Below, piece after piece: positions 38,546-48,216 of a stretch of DNA of 64,000 bases. The DNA is taken from the IMG/VR virus record IMGVR_UViG_3300047297_000301, positions 35,691-99,690 of that record; one strand, written 5' to 3'. Made by a program: the position numbers and the translations under genes. Position 1 is the stretch's first letter, and every line of letters starts with the position of its first letter. The DNA comes from a virus. A model generated the notes under the pieces. That model worked only from the letters and a program-made list of their open reading frames with translations, was not told the origin of the DNA and made no database searches.

Positions 38546-38737
38546 AATCCATTATTGTGTTTATTGTTTACTGCCACCCCCGCTAAGGGATCGATTCTGT
38601 TTTACAAAGATTAATTACTTCCCGCTATATACAGAACACAAACTATAGACTAAACCGAGCACGTGATGCTTAGCCACTTTGGTTTACAAAGCTCCAACGG
38701 TGAAGCTGGACGCGAGCAATAAACACAGCAATGGATT
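38546..38737 (-). ncRNA. candidate ~190 nt structured RNA
   Basis: ~21-bp terminal inverted repeat enclosing four hairpins; no ORF. Confidence 0.6.
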
Positions 38738-38966
38738 ATGATATCATCACTGCTTGTGTTTTAGTGTAGCTTCTGAGTTCTTCTTTTTGAAGATCATGTA
38801 CTACGAGTTCATGTTTGCCGTACCACCAGTCTAAATTGACGTCTAGTGCTACTTCATAACATCTAATAGCTGAAACAAAATCTACGCCGCCTTCGTATCC
38901 AGCACGTACAACTTGCATTTCAGGATCGTGTTGTTGTAATTCTTTGATTAAGTCTTTTATTTTCAT
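38736..38966 (-). CDS. hypothetical protein
   Basis: MKIKDLIKELQ..DP...V...GYEGG family. Confidence 0.6.
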   Translation of the reverse strand: MKIKDLIKELQQHDPEMQVVRAGYEGGVDFVSAIRCYEVALDVNLDWWYGKHELVVHDLQKEELRSYTKTQAVMIS

Positions 38967-39166
38967 ACTGTTAGTTTATTTTTATATTCACGAATAGCTT
39001 CTGCATCTAAGCAAGCGTACACACGGAAAGAGTCACGACCAACACGATCATAAAGATCGTTAGCCATGTTTTCTAATCGCTCTAATTTTTCTATTGGTAA
39101 ATGGTCGCAATTAATGTAACGACTCATAAAAGCATCAATTAAAAATTCTTTTGTATACCCAGCCAT
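38963..39166 (-). CDS. hypothetical protein
   Basis: RBS GGAG and upstream promoter. Confidence 0.6.
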   Translation of the reverse strand: MAGYTKEFLIDAFMSRYINCDHLPIEKLERLENMANDLYDRVGRDSFRVYACLDAEAIREYKNKLTV

Positions 39167-39223
39167 GTTTTCTCCAAAGTAGTCTATATTATACTCTAAA
39201 AAGCAAACAAAGTCAAGTCTAAA

Positions 39224-39664
39224 TTAATAGTAGGTTTTGCCACCAAATGCGCGAACCCAGTCGATCTGCTTTTCAAACTCTATAACCAGGTCAGGGTCGT
39301 TGTAGTTGTATTGGTCAGGTATATCAAGTACTAGTGATCTCAGTGTTAGTAGATTGTGTAACATTTGCTGGTCTTTAAACAGCTCAAGTGATTCGTGATA
39401 ATTTTCTTCGCTTACAAACACAATTTTTTCAGCCCACATAATTAAGTTAGCACTAATAGGAATTAAAGCATAGTCAACAGCACTACCACAACTGCGGGCA
39501 TTTAATCCTTTGCGAATTGCTAATGCAGCACCTGTTGGGCTACGCAATAACCCAGCGCTGCACACAAAAAGCCAGCGAGGAGCACTACCTTGATAAGGAT
39601 TACGATAAGGAGCTGTTGTTTTAAAGATTTCTGCATTTTTAGTTCCAGATTCAAATCTGTTCAT
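39224..39664 (-). CDS. low-molecular-weight protein-tyrosine-phosphatase-like protein
   Basis: LFVCSAGLLRSPT (CX5RS) P-loop, IPD. Confidence 0.75.
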   Translation of the reverse strand: MNRFESGTKNAEIFKTTAPYRNPYQGSAPRWLFVCSAGLLRSPTGAALAIRKGLNARSCGSAVDYALIPISANLIMWAEKIVFVSEENYHESLELFKDQQMLHNLLTLRSLVLDIPDQYNYNDPDLVIEFEKQIDWVRAFGGKTYY

Positions 39665-40649
39665 ATAGTTCCTGTGATGCTGTATTTTTTTGTTTTGATT
39701 CGCACATAATATCTGCATGAGGCTGAAAACTTAGAGCCCATTGATTTACTGCTTTGTTCCAGTAAAATTCTGAGTGAGCACGAAGTTTAGAACTAGTAAA
39801 GCCACTTGCTTTAAGCGATGCTAAATCTGGTCTAATATAAGGATCATGATCTACTAGTACATCTTCTCGTGATACTGAGTAGTGCATTGTAGGTCTTACA
39901 CCACGCCATGAATCTACTACACGTTTAAACTTGTCATCACAAGGAGTAATATACTCGCCTGAATGAATCCAATGGTGGTGAATATCTAAGACTAGTGCAC
40001 AATGGTCTACAAGTTCTAGTGAACTGTCAAGACCCCATGTAAACTCTGCATTTTCTATGGTTAAACAATTCCGTGCTTCGGGACTAAGACGTTTAAGTGC
40101 TGCAACAATACCTTTAGGACCTTGCTTGCCGCCGATGTGTACATTGCATTTAAAGTCTTGAAACTTTTTGCCATAACCCATGTAGCGGATTAAGTCGCAA
40201 TGGTACTCAAACTCTGTAATTGAGTTTTCAACTACATGAGGTTGTTCTGACGCTAAAACGCAAAACTGACCTGGATGGAATGAGAGACGAATATCCAATT
40301 CCCTAGCACGATCACCTATTTTGCTGAGGTTAGACTCTAGGAATTGGACTACGTCAGGTTGAAAGTAAAATGCCATATAATCGTCATGAGTATATGCAGT
40401 TAGCAAGTCTGATGTAATACGAAACATACGCAGCTCGTGTGGCTGCTTACCAAGCCATTCAATCTGTGCAGCAAGAGCTGCTACGTTTGAACGCATCAAA
40501 TCCCATAGCCGTTCACGAGCACGAGTAGGTGTTTGTGAGCTAAGCCATTTAATAGTTGTGCCGCTTTGATTCAGTTTAGGGTCAGCTTTTGACTCTGAAA
40601 TCTGAACTTTGCAGGCAAAGCCAATGCGTTTAATATTTTGATTGAACAT
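39651..40649 (-). CDS. uvsE: UV-damage endonuclease
   Basis: RIGFAC, FRITS, RLSFHPGQF, TIEN, LDIHHH, HYS, AHS and MCESK motifs. Confidence 0.9.
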   Translation of the reverse strand: MFNQNIKRIGFACKVQISESKADPKLNQSGTTIKWLSSQTPTRARERLWDLMRSNVAALAAQIEWLGKQPHELRMFRITSDLLTAYTHDDYMAFYFQPDVVQFLESNLSKIGDRARELDIRLSFHPGQFCVLASEQPHVVENSITEFEYHCDLIRYMGYGKKFQDFKCNVHIGGKQGPKGIVAALKRLSPEARNCLTIENAEFTWGLDSSLELVDHCALVLDIHHHWIHSGEYITPCDDKFKRVVDSWRGVRPTMHYSVSREDVLVDHDPYIRPDLASLKASGFTSSKLRAHSEFYWNKAVNQWALSFQPHADIMCESKQKNTASQELYEQI

Positions 40650-40708
40650 TTTGTGTATATTTTGTCAGTAATTGTTTATTATAGCGGTTTTAAACTGTTT
40701 TGTCAAGT

Positions 40709-41332
40709 CTATACTTTAAAAGGTATATAGTGATATAAATGCAAGTCATACATGTGCCTATTTTCATTAGGATTTGCTGATTTTATCGGTAAAATATCAA
40801 ATGCTAATGTAATACGAGGCTTTTCGCCTTGCCACTCTGTGCTAGAGTGTCTGTCGTCATCACTTTTTCCTGCTACTAATAGTCCATTAACACTAGGAAC
40901 TTCAACAATTCCTTCAATTCCTGGTATTTTATAGTTAGTAGCGCTTTCATTTTCCCCTACATTAACACAATAAAACCCGTGCCAAACTTTATATTCGGGA
41001 GCCCAATGTGCGTGCCATTTAACTTTATCGCCTTTGCGAAAAACATTCATCCAGCTTTTTAATACATAAGGCGTATCTTTGTCTAGCAGTGGTGAAATAT
41101 TTTTTACCATTTCGTGGTAAAGTTGATTTAGTTCTTTTACTGGAAAAGTAAATAAATTGTATTCTTGATTTTTAGCACTTGTAAGGTTACCGTGCCAACC
41201 TTTTTCAGTTGGAGAAGTAGTCTTAATAATTATATCTTCTATAACTAAACATTTATTAAAAAGTGCTTCATTATCAATGTTATCTAATTGAAATCCATAT
41301 AGATAGTTATCTACTATCGTTTGCATTTGCAT
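40709..41332 (-). CDS. putative 2OG-Fe(II) oxygenase
   Basis: SWMNV..WHAH, HGFYCV, H......PRITLAFD. Confidence 0.65.
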   Translation of the reverse strand: MQMQTIVDNYLYGFQLDNIDNEALFNKCLVIEDIIIKTTSPTEKGWHGNLTSAKNQEYNLFTFPVKELNQLYHEMVKNISPLLDKDTPYVLKSWMNVFRKGDKVKWHAHWAPEYKVWHGFYCVNVGENESATNYKIPGIEGIVEVPSVNGLLVAGKSDDDRHSSTEWQGEKPRITLAFDILPIKSANPNENRHMYDLHLYHYIPFKV

Positions 41333-41345
41333 TTGTTTTCCTAAG

Positions 41346-41579
41346 TTACAATCCTGTTAATCTAACACAAACAGGACATACGGGGTTGTCATCTAAGTCT
41401 TTTACTAATTGTTGCGACCATATATTACAATGAGAACATTGATCAATTACTTCTACAAGTACGTGGTCTTCTATATCGTCTATATCTATTCCCAGCTCGT
41501 AGCAAGTTTGGGTCAGAGACTTGCGCGTTTTATTTAATACTTTAGCAAGTCGCTTGTAATTAGGGCTTATATCTGTCAT
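41346..41579 (-). CDS. zinc-ribbon hypothetical protein
   Basis: CSHC..CPVC. Confidence 0.55.
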   Translation of the reverse strand: MTDISPNYKRLAKVLNKTRKSLTQTCYELGIDIDDIEDHVLVEVIDQCSHCNIWSQQLVKDLDDNPVCPVCVRLTGL

Positions 41580-42081
41580 CTAGCTCTTTATGAGTCTTTT
41601 CAAATTCAAGCAAGAACATAATGCAACAAGCTGCGTGAGCTAAGTGCGACAGTCCTGACTCAGGGTCTTTGTCTTCTCCAGCGTTGAACGCTGTAATATG
41701 ACGCATTGCTGCGCTTAAAGGTCTACTCCACACAAATCCTTTACGCCAATTGTGTTCTGCGTATTTTTCTGCACCAAATGCTAAGACTGCTGCAGTTTGG
41801 TTCATTGCTTCAGTACTTAGTAAGTGTAGTGGTAGTTTACCATCATCAAATTTTAGTGCTGTGCCAGTAGGTGCAAGCTCTTTCATAGCATCATTAAAAA
41901 CATCTTGATTAAGCTTTTTTAATGAGTCAAGTATTTTGGCAGCTTCTTGTTCAGTAGGTTTTCGTGTATTAGAAGGTTCTCCTACAACTGCTTTTAATTC
42001 AATTTGTTCTTTGGCATGTACATACATGGTATCGCCCGTGTCAGGGTCTACTAGGGTAATTATTTCTTCTTGTTTAGGCAT
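41560..42081 (-). CDS. dATP/dGTP diphosphohydrolase-domain protein (DUF5664-like)
   Basis: KFDDGK....LL, FGAEKY..HNWRKG, AAMRH, DPESGLSHLAHA. Confidence 0.8.
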   Translation of the reverse strand: MPKQEEIITLVDPDTGDTMYVHAKEQIELKAVVGEPSNTRKPTEQEAAKILDSLKKLNQDVFNDAMKELAPTGTALKFDDGKLPLHLLSTEAMNQTAAVLAFGAEKYAEHNWRKGFVWSRPLSAAMRHITAFNAGEDKDPESGLSHLAHAACCIMFLLEFEKTHKELDDRYKP

Positions 42082-42085
42082 GGTT

Positions 42086-42283
42086 TTAAAAATTATCGTT
42101 GATTTTAGGCATAAATAGTCGGGGAACACTCTTTTTCTTGCGTAACTGCTTTAACAATTCTGGATTTATTTCGCTTCGTAGTGAGGCTATACCACGTTGA
42201 CGGCAATGTTGTTCATAAACGGGTAACAGCACATCTAAGATTAGCGCTTCTAGTTCTGCTGTATAATTTGGTTGAGTTGACAT
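42086..42283 (-). CDS. hypothetical protein
   Basis: RBS GGAG, first gene after divergent promoter. Confidence 0.5.
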   Translation of the reverse strand: MSTQPNYTAELEALILDVLLPVYEQHCRQRGIASLRSEINPELLKQLRKKKSVPRLFMPKINDNF

Positions 42284-42432
42284 TAAAATTCTCCGAGTCT
42301 GTCTATTATAACACTGTGGCAAATATTTTTCAAGACAATTTCATTTCGTGGTTGGCGCAGACCTTAAAAACACACTTGTGCAATGCTTGGTCTTGTGATA
42401 TAATTAAAAATTCCTTTACACAATTCACACGC

Positions 42433-42750
42433 ATGAGCTACGATATATTAATAAACAACTTGGTTAATGGAGAGTCAGTTACAATAACCAAACCTGATGG
42501 GACTACTTACACAGAACCTAGACCACCAAATCGCACAGCATTAGCAGCAGCTAAAGCTCTTCAAAATCTACAAAATCAACTTAATTTTGGTACTAGTGCT
42601 ATTGCTCAGCTTACCAAAGAACGTAATGATTTAATGGATTCTATAAGTCGTCTTCAGGAACAGAATAAAAGGTTACAAGATGAAATTAACATTAAAACAA
42701 GCAGTAATACCAGTGCTAATGGGGGTATTGATAGCTCTACCTCTGGGTAA
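42433..42750 (+). CDS. coiled-coil hypothetical protein
   Basis: start MSYDIL downstream of promoter. Confidence 0.55.
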   Translation: MSYDILINNLVNGESVTITKPDGTTYTEPRPPNRTALAAAKALQNLQNQLNFGTSAIAQLTKERNDLMDSISRLQEQNKRLQDEINIKTSSNTSANGGIDSSTSG

Positions 42751-43159
42751 AGCTGAAAGAGCTATAAATAAAGCATACCAAACAGTAAAAGCTACTAATG
42801 CTGAACTTTTATGCTTAGCTAAAAATATTTACTATGAGGCTCGTGGCGAGCCTATGCAGGGTAAAATAGCCGTTGCACAAGTTACACTTAATCGGGTAAC
42901 ACATCGCACCGAATTTCAATCAAATATTTGTGGAGTCGTATATGCAAAACATCAATTTTCGTGGACTATGGAAAAACATCGTGAACCTGGTGGAGAAGCT
43001 TGGCGTGAAGCTCAAGCAATTGCTAAAGCCGTCGTCATAGGTACAGCACACTTACCAAACTTCAAGGCACTATACTTTCATAATTTGACAGTACAACCGC
43101 AATGGAACAAGACTAAAGAATTAGTTGCCAGAATAGGTAATCATACTTTCTACAATTAA
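42680..43159 (+). CDS. SleB-like cell wall hydrolase
   Basis: CLAKNIYYEARGE, AVAQVTLNR, QFSW and IGNHTFY motifs. Confidence 0.9.
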   Translation: MKLTLKQAVIPVLMGVLIALPLGKAERAINKAYQTVKATNAELLCLAKNIYYEARGEPMQGKIAVAQVTLNRVTHRTEFQSNICGVVYAKHQFSWTMEKHREPGGEAWREAQAIAKAVVIGTAHLPNFKALYFHNLTVQPQWNKTKELVARIGNHTFYN

Positions 43160-43243
43160 GCAAAAGGGCAGACAGGCTAAATATTTTTGGCTTGCTGCCC
43201 TTTTTGTTTTCTGTTATAATAGTGCATTAACAGAGAAAATTTT

Positions 43244-43999
43244 ATGAAAATCAGACTGCTCAGCGACTTACACACCGAATTCCGTTTACCTTACAAAACT
43301 CATCCCATGAGTGAGTATCGTGGCGAAGATGTGCTTGTGCTTGCTGGTGATATTGCGTCAGGTGCTACAAATACTGCCGACGTGATTCAGCACTTTTTAG
43401 ATCAAGGTTTTCCTAAAGTTGTTTATGTACCTGGCAACCACGAATATTATGGAAGCACTTTAAAACACTTTGACGATAAATTACTAGACTTTTGTGAGCG
43501 TACTCGTGGGGCACACTTTTTACGTCCTGGTACAATTACAATTGATGGCGTAATGTTTACAGGTGCTACTTTATGGACTAACTTTGCAGATAATCCTATT
43601 TCACAAAGTGTTTGCGGTCGTATGATAAATGACTTTCGTCAGATCAAAAACTTCAAAACTCGTGATGCTTATGACCTGTACTACAAGCATTTGGACTATA
43701 TCAAACAAAGCTATGAACAGCGTGGAGATAAACCAGTTGTCGTCGTCACACACTTTTTACCTGCTCGTGAGTGTATTGCGCCACGTTGGCAAGGTACTGA
43801 ATTAATCAATGACTACTTTGCTAACGATTTAGGGTCAATGATTGCTGATATGCAAAACACTACTTGGTTGTTTGGACATACACACGATGCCGTAGACCTT
43901 ACGCTTGGCAATACTCGTTTAGTATGCAACCCACACGGCTACTACAATGCCTTAAATGATGGTGTTGGATTTGATCCATTTAAAACTATTGTGGTATGA
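43244..43999 (+). CDS. calcineurin-like metallophosphoesterase
   Basis: SDLH, AGDI, GNHE, THF and GHTH motifs. Confidence 0.9.
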   Translation: MKIRLLSDLHTEFRLPYKTHPMSEYRGEDVLVLAGDIASGATNTADVIQHFLDQGFPKVVYVPGNHEYYGSTLKHFDDKLLDFCERTRGAHFLRPGTITIDGVMFTGATLWTNFADNPISQSVCGRMINDFRQIKNFKTRDAYDLYYKHLDYIKQSYEQRGDKPVVVVTHFLPARECIAPRWQGTELINDYFANDLGSMIADMQNTTWLFGHTHDAVDLTLGNTRLVCNPHGYYNALNDGVGFDPFKTIVV

Positions 44000-44126
44000 T
44001 TGACAAACTACTAGACGCACTTATTGCAGCAGCTGTTTGGTTTTTCTATGTAGCTGTAGGATTACTATGGTTAATGTTAATACTTCCAATCTTTTACCAC
44101 ATAGTAAAATTTATTATGAAAGTAAT

Positions 44127-44339
44127 ATGAAAAAATTAGAATACTACGAAATACGTAAAACCTGCAAACTAATTGAATATGATCTGAAACTTGCTGGCAA
44201 AGGTAAGTTATGGGTTGAAGTTTACAGAGACGATCAATACGAATATCGTGCACTGTTTCCAGACGTAGCAGACTGGTCTCAAGTGCCAATGACAATTTTA
44301 ACACACCCAATACATGAAACACAAATTAATCACAGCTAA
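44127..44339 (+). CDS. hypothetical protein
   Basis: start MKKLEYY. Confidence 0.45.
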   Translation: MKKLEYYEIRKTCKLIEYDLKLAGKGKLWVEVYRDDQYEYRALFPDVADWSQVPMTILTHPIHETQINHS

Positions 44340-45237
44340 AGTTATTGCCGATAGCGTATGTCCTGAAGGTGTACGTATGACTACTATGGAAATTGAGTAT
44401 CCAAGGTTTATCCTAGCAGAACTTAACACACATCGTATGTTGTCAAAGAATTCAGCGTCTAGCCGTGCTATTCCTGTTAAGGCTATGCACGAGTTTATTC
44501 GTGAAAACCCCGCCATGCCAGTTAGTTGGGGTAAGAACCAACCAGGCATGAAAGCCAGTGAAGAATTAACTGGTTCGGAATCTAAAAACGCCATCCATAT
44601 CTGGAATCAAGCCAAAGACGATGCCTTACACTGGGCAGACGCCCTAGCGCACAAGCTAGCAGTACACAAACAAATTGCCAATCGCATCACAGAGCCTTGG
44701 ATGACTATGAAAACAGTTATCTCTGGCACTGAGTGGAAGAACTTCTTTCACTTACGCAATCATGCAGACGCACAGCCCGAAATCAAGGCACTAGCAGAAG
44801 CAATGACAGTAGCTTACACAACACACCTACCTGTCCCACTAAAGCCAGGCGAGTGGCATCTTCCCTATATTACAACTGCTCAATATGTACCCACTGGTGA
44901 ATTACAGTATTTTGATGAAAACTTTAACCGACTCAGCCTTGAAGATGCTAAGATCATTAGCGCTAGTTGTTGCGCTCAGGTTTCATATCGCAAGAATGAC
45001 CCTGGGTTTACCAAAGCGTTTCGTATCTGGGAACAACTAATTGAGAACGATCCTGTTCATGCTTCGCCAATCGAGCATCAAGCAACGCCTATGAACATTG
45101 ACTCAATGTCTAGGTTTGAACCTGAAACTTGGGAAGCAGGCGTCTCACACGTATCAGCTAATTCAGACCTATGGTCAGGCAACTTGCGTGGTTGGATTCA
45201 GCACCGCAAATTGATTGAAAAGGAGGCAGTATGGTAG
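44314..45237 (+). CDS. thyX: flavin-dependent thymidylate synthase (ThyX/Thy1-like)
   Basis: ELNTHR.LSKNSASSR, HKQIANR, NFFHLR, AQPEI, HASPIEH. Confidence 0.85.
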   Translation: MKHKLITAKVIADSVCPEGVRMTTMEIEYPRFILAELNTHRMLSKNSASSRAIPVKAMHEFIRENPAMPVSWGKNQPGMKASEELTGSESKNAIHIWNQAKDDALHWADALAHKLAVHKQIANRITEPWMTMKTVISGTEWKNFFHLRNHADAQPEIKALAEAMTVAYTTHLPVPLKPGEWHLPYITTAQYVPTGELQYFDENFNRLSLEDAKIISASCCAQVSYRKNDPGFTKAFRIWEQLIENDPVHASPIEHQATPMNIDSMSRFEPETWEAGVSHVSANSDLWSGNLRGWIQHRKLIEKEAVW

Positions 45238-45419
45238 AATATCATTATGAAAGTTTTGAGGGTTGGTTTGATGAAATTGAAAACTACAGCTTTCGTTCAG
45301 AACGATTTTTTCAACACCTAGAACTACTCACCAACGAACTAGAGCGCACTGAGTTTATACAAAACTGGATGCGTGCAGCGTTTGAGTGTGGAAGATTAGA
45401 AAAGGGCAAGTACATATGA
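45231..45419 (+). CDS. hypothetical protein
   Basis: coupled ORF. Confidence 0.55.
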   Translation: MVEYHYESFEGWFDEIENYSFRSERFFQHLELLTNELERTEFIQNWMRAAFECGRLEKGKYI

Positions 45420-45598
45420 TAGAACCCAGCAACAACTCCTTACAACAATCTTGGATTGTTGATGTACAGGAAGACGCAGAAGGTTACTTTATTCAGTTCA
45501 CAGACGAGATGCTGGCTAAGACTGGTTGGCAAGTTGGAGACACCTTACTCTGGGAGCCAAAAGCAGGCAATGCCTGGACATTAAGGAAAAAACCATGA
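45416..45598 (+). CDS. AbrB/MazE-like small protein
   Basis: I.F.DEML...GW..GD.L.W pattern. Confidence 0.55.
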   Translation: MIEPSNNSLQQSWIVDVQEDAEGYFIQFTDEMLAKTGWQVGDTLLWEPKAGNAWTLRKKP

Positions 45599-45966
45599 TT
45601 GTAATCTTATACACTGCGGACTTTGAACCAATCATTCCAATTGACCTGCCCTTATGGTTACTGGAGAGACTTGAGATTGAGGGTCAGATACGAGTAGCTG
45701 TTAATCGCCCCTCACAGTTTGTTGATGAGAAGATTCCTGTGGGTAACCTAGAGCCTAGCATGCCTACTGTACGCATACGCTGTGAGAAGTTACGGTGGCG
45801 TGACGGAACACTAAAAACCATCCTAGTTACCGAAGACGAAGAACTTGCGCTTAGCCTAAGCCCTGAGTGGCTGCCTGGTCAGCGTGCACCTATCTTACAG
45901 TACATTGGTGTTATGCGTAAGATGCACAGTGAATTAATCAAACAAATTCGAAAAAATCAGAGTTGA
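45595..45966 (+). CDS. hypothetical protein
   Basis: RBS AAGGA, start MIVILYT. Confidence 0.55.
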   Translation: MIVILYTADFEPIIPIDLPLWLLERLEIEGQIRVAVNRPSQFVDEKIPVGNLEPSMPTVRIRCEKLRWRDGTLKTILVTEDEELALSLSPEWLPGQRAPILQYIGVMRKMHSELIKQIRKNQS

Positions 45967-46016
45967 CTTGTGTTTTAATCTTTAGTATAATATATATTAC
46001 TGATTAGGAGAAAACT

Positions 46017-46217
46017 ATGTTTTATTGCGTGTGTTGTTCGGATACTGTTAACCCACTACGCTGGCGTTTAGGCAGGCATACCTGTTTGCCTTGTGGCGAG
46101 CGTGTAGCCAAGCAGCACAAGCACTGCATTGTGCCAATGCCTAAGTCAAACTATATTGTAGTTACTGATAAAAGTTTACTACTAAACTTAAACTCATCGC
46201 ATAAAGGCGGTCGCTAA
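46017..46217 (+). CDS. zinc-finger protein (DksA/TraR C4-like)
   Basis: CVCC...R......CLPC; own promoter TTGACT-N17-TATAAT and RBS AGGAG. Confidence 0.55.
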   Translation: MFYCVCCSDTVNPLRWRLGRHTCLPCGERVAKQHKHCIVPMPKSNYIVVTDKSLLLNLNSSHKGGR

Positions 46218-46218
46218 T

Positions 46219-46407
46219 ATGATTGAAATTGGAACACGAGTAACTGGTAGCACTATTGCTGGCACATTTACTGGCACAGTATACGACTATAAAACTTTGC
46301 CTAATAGTAGTAAACTTTATATAGTACTACTTGATGGCTATCCAGAAAATGCACCAGTATATGTTGCAGTAGACTCAGTAACACCTATTACGGAAGCACA
46401 ACAATGA
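46219..46407 (+). CDS. hypothetical protein
   Basis: SH3/KOW-like small ORF. Confidence 0.5.
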   Translation: MIEIGTRVTGSTIAGTFTGTVYDYKTLPNSSKLYIVLLDGYPENAPVYVAVDSVTPITEAQQ

Positions 46408-46631
46408 ACACAGACCGCGAATTTATCAAATGGTTTTATGAGGAAGCATATCCTGAGCAGGGCTCAAACCGCCGTCAGGTATACTCAACCACTCAAAACT
46501 CACAAAACATCAACATTATTGACTACTGGATGCGTGAAGCCTTTAAGGCAGGTGCAGCCAGTCAACACTATCAAATTGGCACACTAACAGAACAACAAGC
46601 GTTTGACAAGAAAAGAGAATACAAACTATGA
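46404..46631 (+). CDS. hypothetical protein
   Basis: coupled ORF. Confidence 0.5.
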   Translation: MNTDREFIKWFYEEAYPEQGSNRRQVYSTTQNSQNINIIDYWMREAFKAGAASQHYQIGTLTEQQAFDKKREYKL

Positions 46632-47314
46632 AAGTCGTAATCGGCAAATACACAACTTGGATCGGACCTTACCAGATTGCTGAAGCACTCTGTTTTTGGG
46701 CTCGTAAAGTGCCTGATGAAATCGGCATGAAGCGTAAGCCTGACTGGGTTCATGAGTTTGGCACTTGGTTGGCTGAACGCAAAGATGGTACAGATACTTG
46801 GCTTAACAAGTTCTGTCACTGGATTGAGTCTAAGCGTCATCGTCAAATCTATGTACGCATTGACAAGTACGATACCTGGGGCATGGATCATACTCTTGCA
46901 CTTATCATCCACCCAATGCTTGTACAACTTCAAGCTAGCAAGCATGGTGCACCATTTGTAGATGACGGTGATGTGCCTGAAGAACTCAAAAGCACTAGTG
47001 CTCCTGATAAAGTCAACGAGTGGGACACTGATGCCAACCACTTCTTACGTTGGGACTGGGTACTTGAAGAAATGATCTTTGCGTTTGAAGCAAAGCGTCT
47101 AGGAACATGGCAGGACAAGTACTCTAGTGGAGTACATGACTGGACTAGTGAGCCTTGCGAGTGGGATAGCAATGGCAAGCCCACTATGCACAAGATGAAA
47201 GACGGACCAAACAACACTTATAAGTGTGATTACGACGCTATGGCAGTTGAGCAAGCACGTATCTCTAACGGCTTCCGACTTTTTGGTAGATATTACGAAA
47301 ACTTATGGGATTAA
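46628..47314 (+). CDS. conserved phage hypothetical protein
   Basis: DTWGMDHTLA.II.PML..L, RWDWVL.EMIFAF and GFRLFGRYY.NLWD motifs. Confidence 0.7.
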   Translation: MKVVIGKYTTWIGPYQIAEALCFWARKVPDEIGMKRKPDWVHEFGTWLAERKDGTDTWLNKFCHWIESKRHRQIYVRIDKYDTWGMDHTLALIIHPMLVQLQASKHGAPFVDDGDVPEELKSTSAPDKVNEWDTDANHFLRWDWVLEEMIFAFEAKRLGTWQDKYSSGVHDWTSEPCEWDSNGKPTMHKMKDGPNNTYKCDYDAMAVEQARISNGFRLFGRYYENLWD

Positions 47315-47317
47315 ACT

Positions 47318-47545
47318 ATGACAGTTGAAACAACGCTTATTATTGTAGGGTTTTGCTTATTTTGTTGCTGGCTTGTATATCGTTGGCAGGAGGCAGTGGT
47401 AGACAAGGCTATTCCACCAGCACCTGAACCTTATCCAGTACCAATGGATATGGCAGAACAGTGGGTTCAGGCAACTCAAGCTGAACCAGAGCCAACACCA
47501 CTAAACCCACAGGCAGCTTGGCCTTTTCCTCACTCAAAACCTTAA
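47318..47545 (+). CDS. membrane-anchored Pro-rich protein
   Basis: N-terminal TM, AAWPFP end. Confidence 0.5.
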   Translation: MTVETTLIIVGFCLFCCWLVYRWQEAVVDKAIPPAPEPYPVPMDMAEQWVQATQAEPEPTPLNPQAAWPFPHSKP

Positions 47546-47556
47546 CCACGAGACCT

Positions 47557-47600
47557 CAAGGGGACTTAGGCTGATAATTATCGGCTTGAGTCCCCTTTTG
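47557..47600 (+). terminator. intrinsic terminator
   Basis: AAGGGGACT..AGTCCCCTT hairpin then T-tract. Confidence 0.7.
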
Positions 47601-47637
47601 TTTTGTGCTATAATATTATATTAAAACAAGGAACACT

Positions 47638-47796
47638 ATGACAAAACATTGCAAAGGCTGTGTGCACCACCACTCAGCAGGACGTCGCAGCCCCACCCTG
47701 CCGCTTCGCAAATACAACGACTGGTGTTGCAAGCAGGGTAGTGTGGTTAACGTAGGCTGGTGTAAAACTCACCAAGCAAAGGAAGTTAAACCATGA
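47638..47796 (+). CDS. Cys/His-rich small protein
   Basis: MTKHCKGCVHHH..WCC..WC; RBS AAGGAA. Confidence 0.5.
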   Translation: MTKHCKGCVHHHSAGRRSPTLPLRKYNDWCCKQGSVVNVGWCKTHQAKEVKP

Positions 47797-47984
47797 AAAT
47801 AACCATTGAAGACAGACTCTTAGCCAACTATCATGCCCAAAAGCTACGGCTTAGGGACAGAGAAGACGAAGAGTATCGTGCTCGTGTAGAAATCAAAAAA
47901 TTTGAGCAGATTATCCTTGACAGAGTACAACGCAACTTACGCCTTGGGTTAGACAAAGGCACTAACATAGACTTGAAAGTATAA
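47793..47984 (+). CDS. hypothetical protein
   Basis: KG.NID..V C-terminus. Confidence 0.5.
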   Translation: MKITIEDRLLANYHAQKLRLRDREDEEYRARVEIKKFEQIILDRVQRNLRLGLDKGTNIDLKV

Positions 47985-47985
47985 C

Positions 47986-48216
47986 ATGATTACACTAGCA
48001 GACAACAGAACAGAATCAATTGAACTTGATTTAACAGATCAAGAACTCCTAGTGCTATTTAAAATGGCACATGAACAAGACTTAACCTTCAACGAGTTTG
48101 TTGAAGTAGCCTTACTAGACTTTTTAGAAAAACATCAAAATGATAACTTACTCAACAAACTGGATGGGACCAGTGTCGATGCAATGGTACCGAGACCGTG
48201 GCCTTACCCAAGTTGA
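47986..48216 (+). CDS. ribbon-helix-helix-like small protein
   Basis: MAHEQDLTFNEFV motif. Confidence 0.5.
   Translation: MITLADNRTESIELDLTDQELLVLFKMAHEQDLTFNEFVEVALLDFLEKHQNDNLLNKLDGTSVDAMVPRPWPYPS

Noticed and set aside
38546-38737. Retron msr-msd or cobalamin riboswitch
   Set aside because: No reverse transcriptase in the window; only a GGGAAG fragment of the B12 box is present
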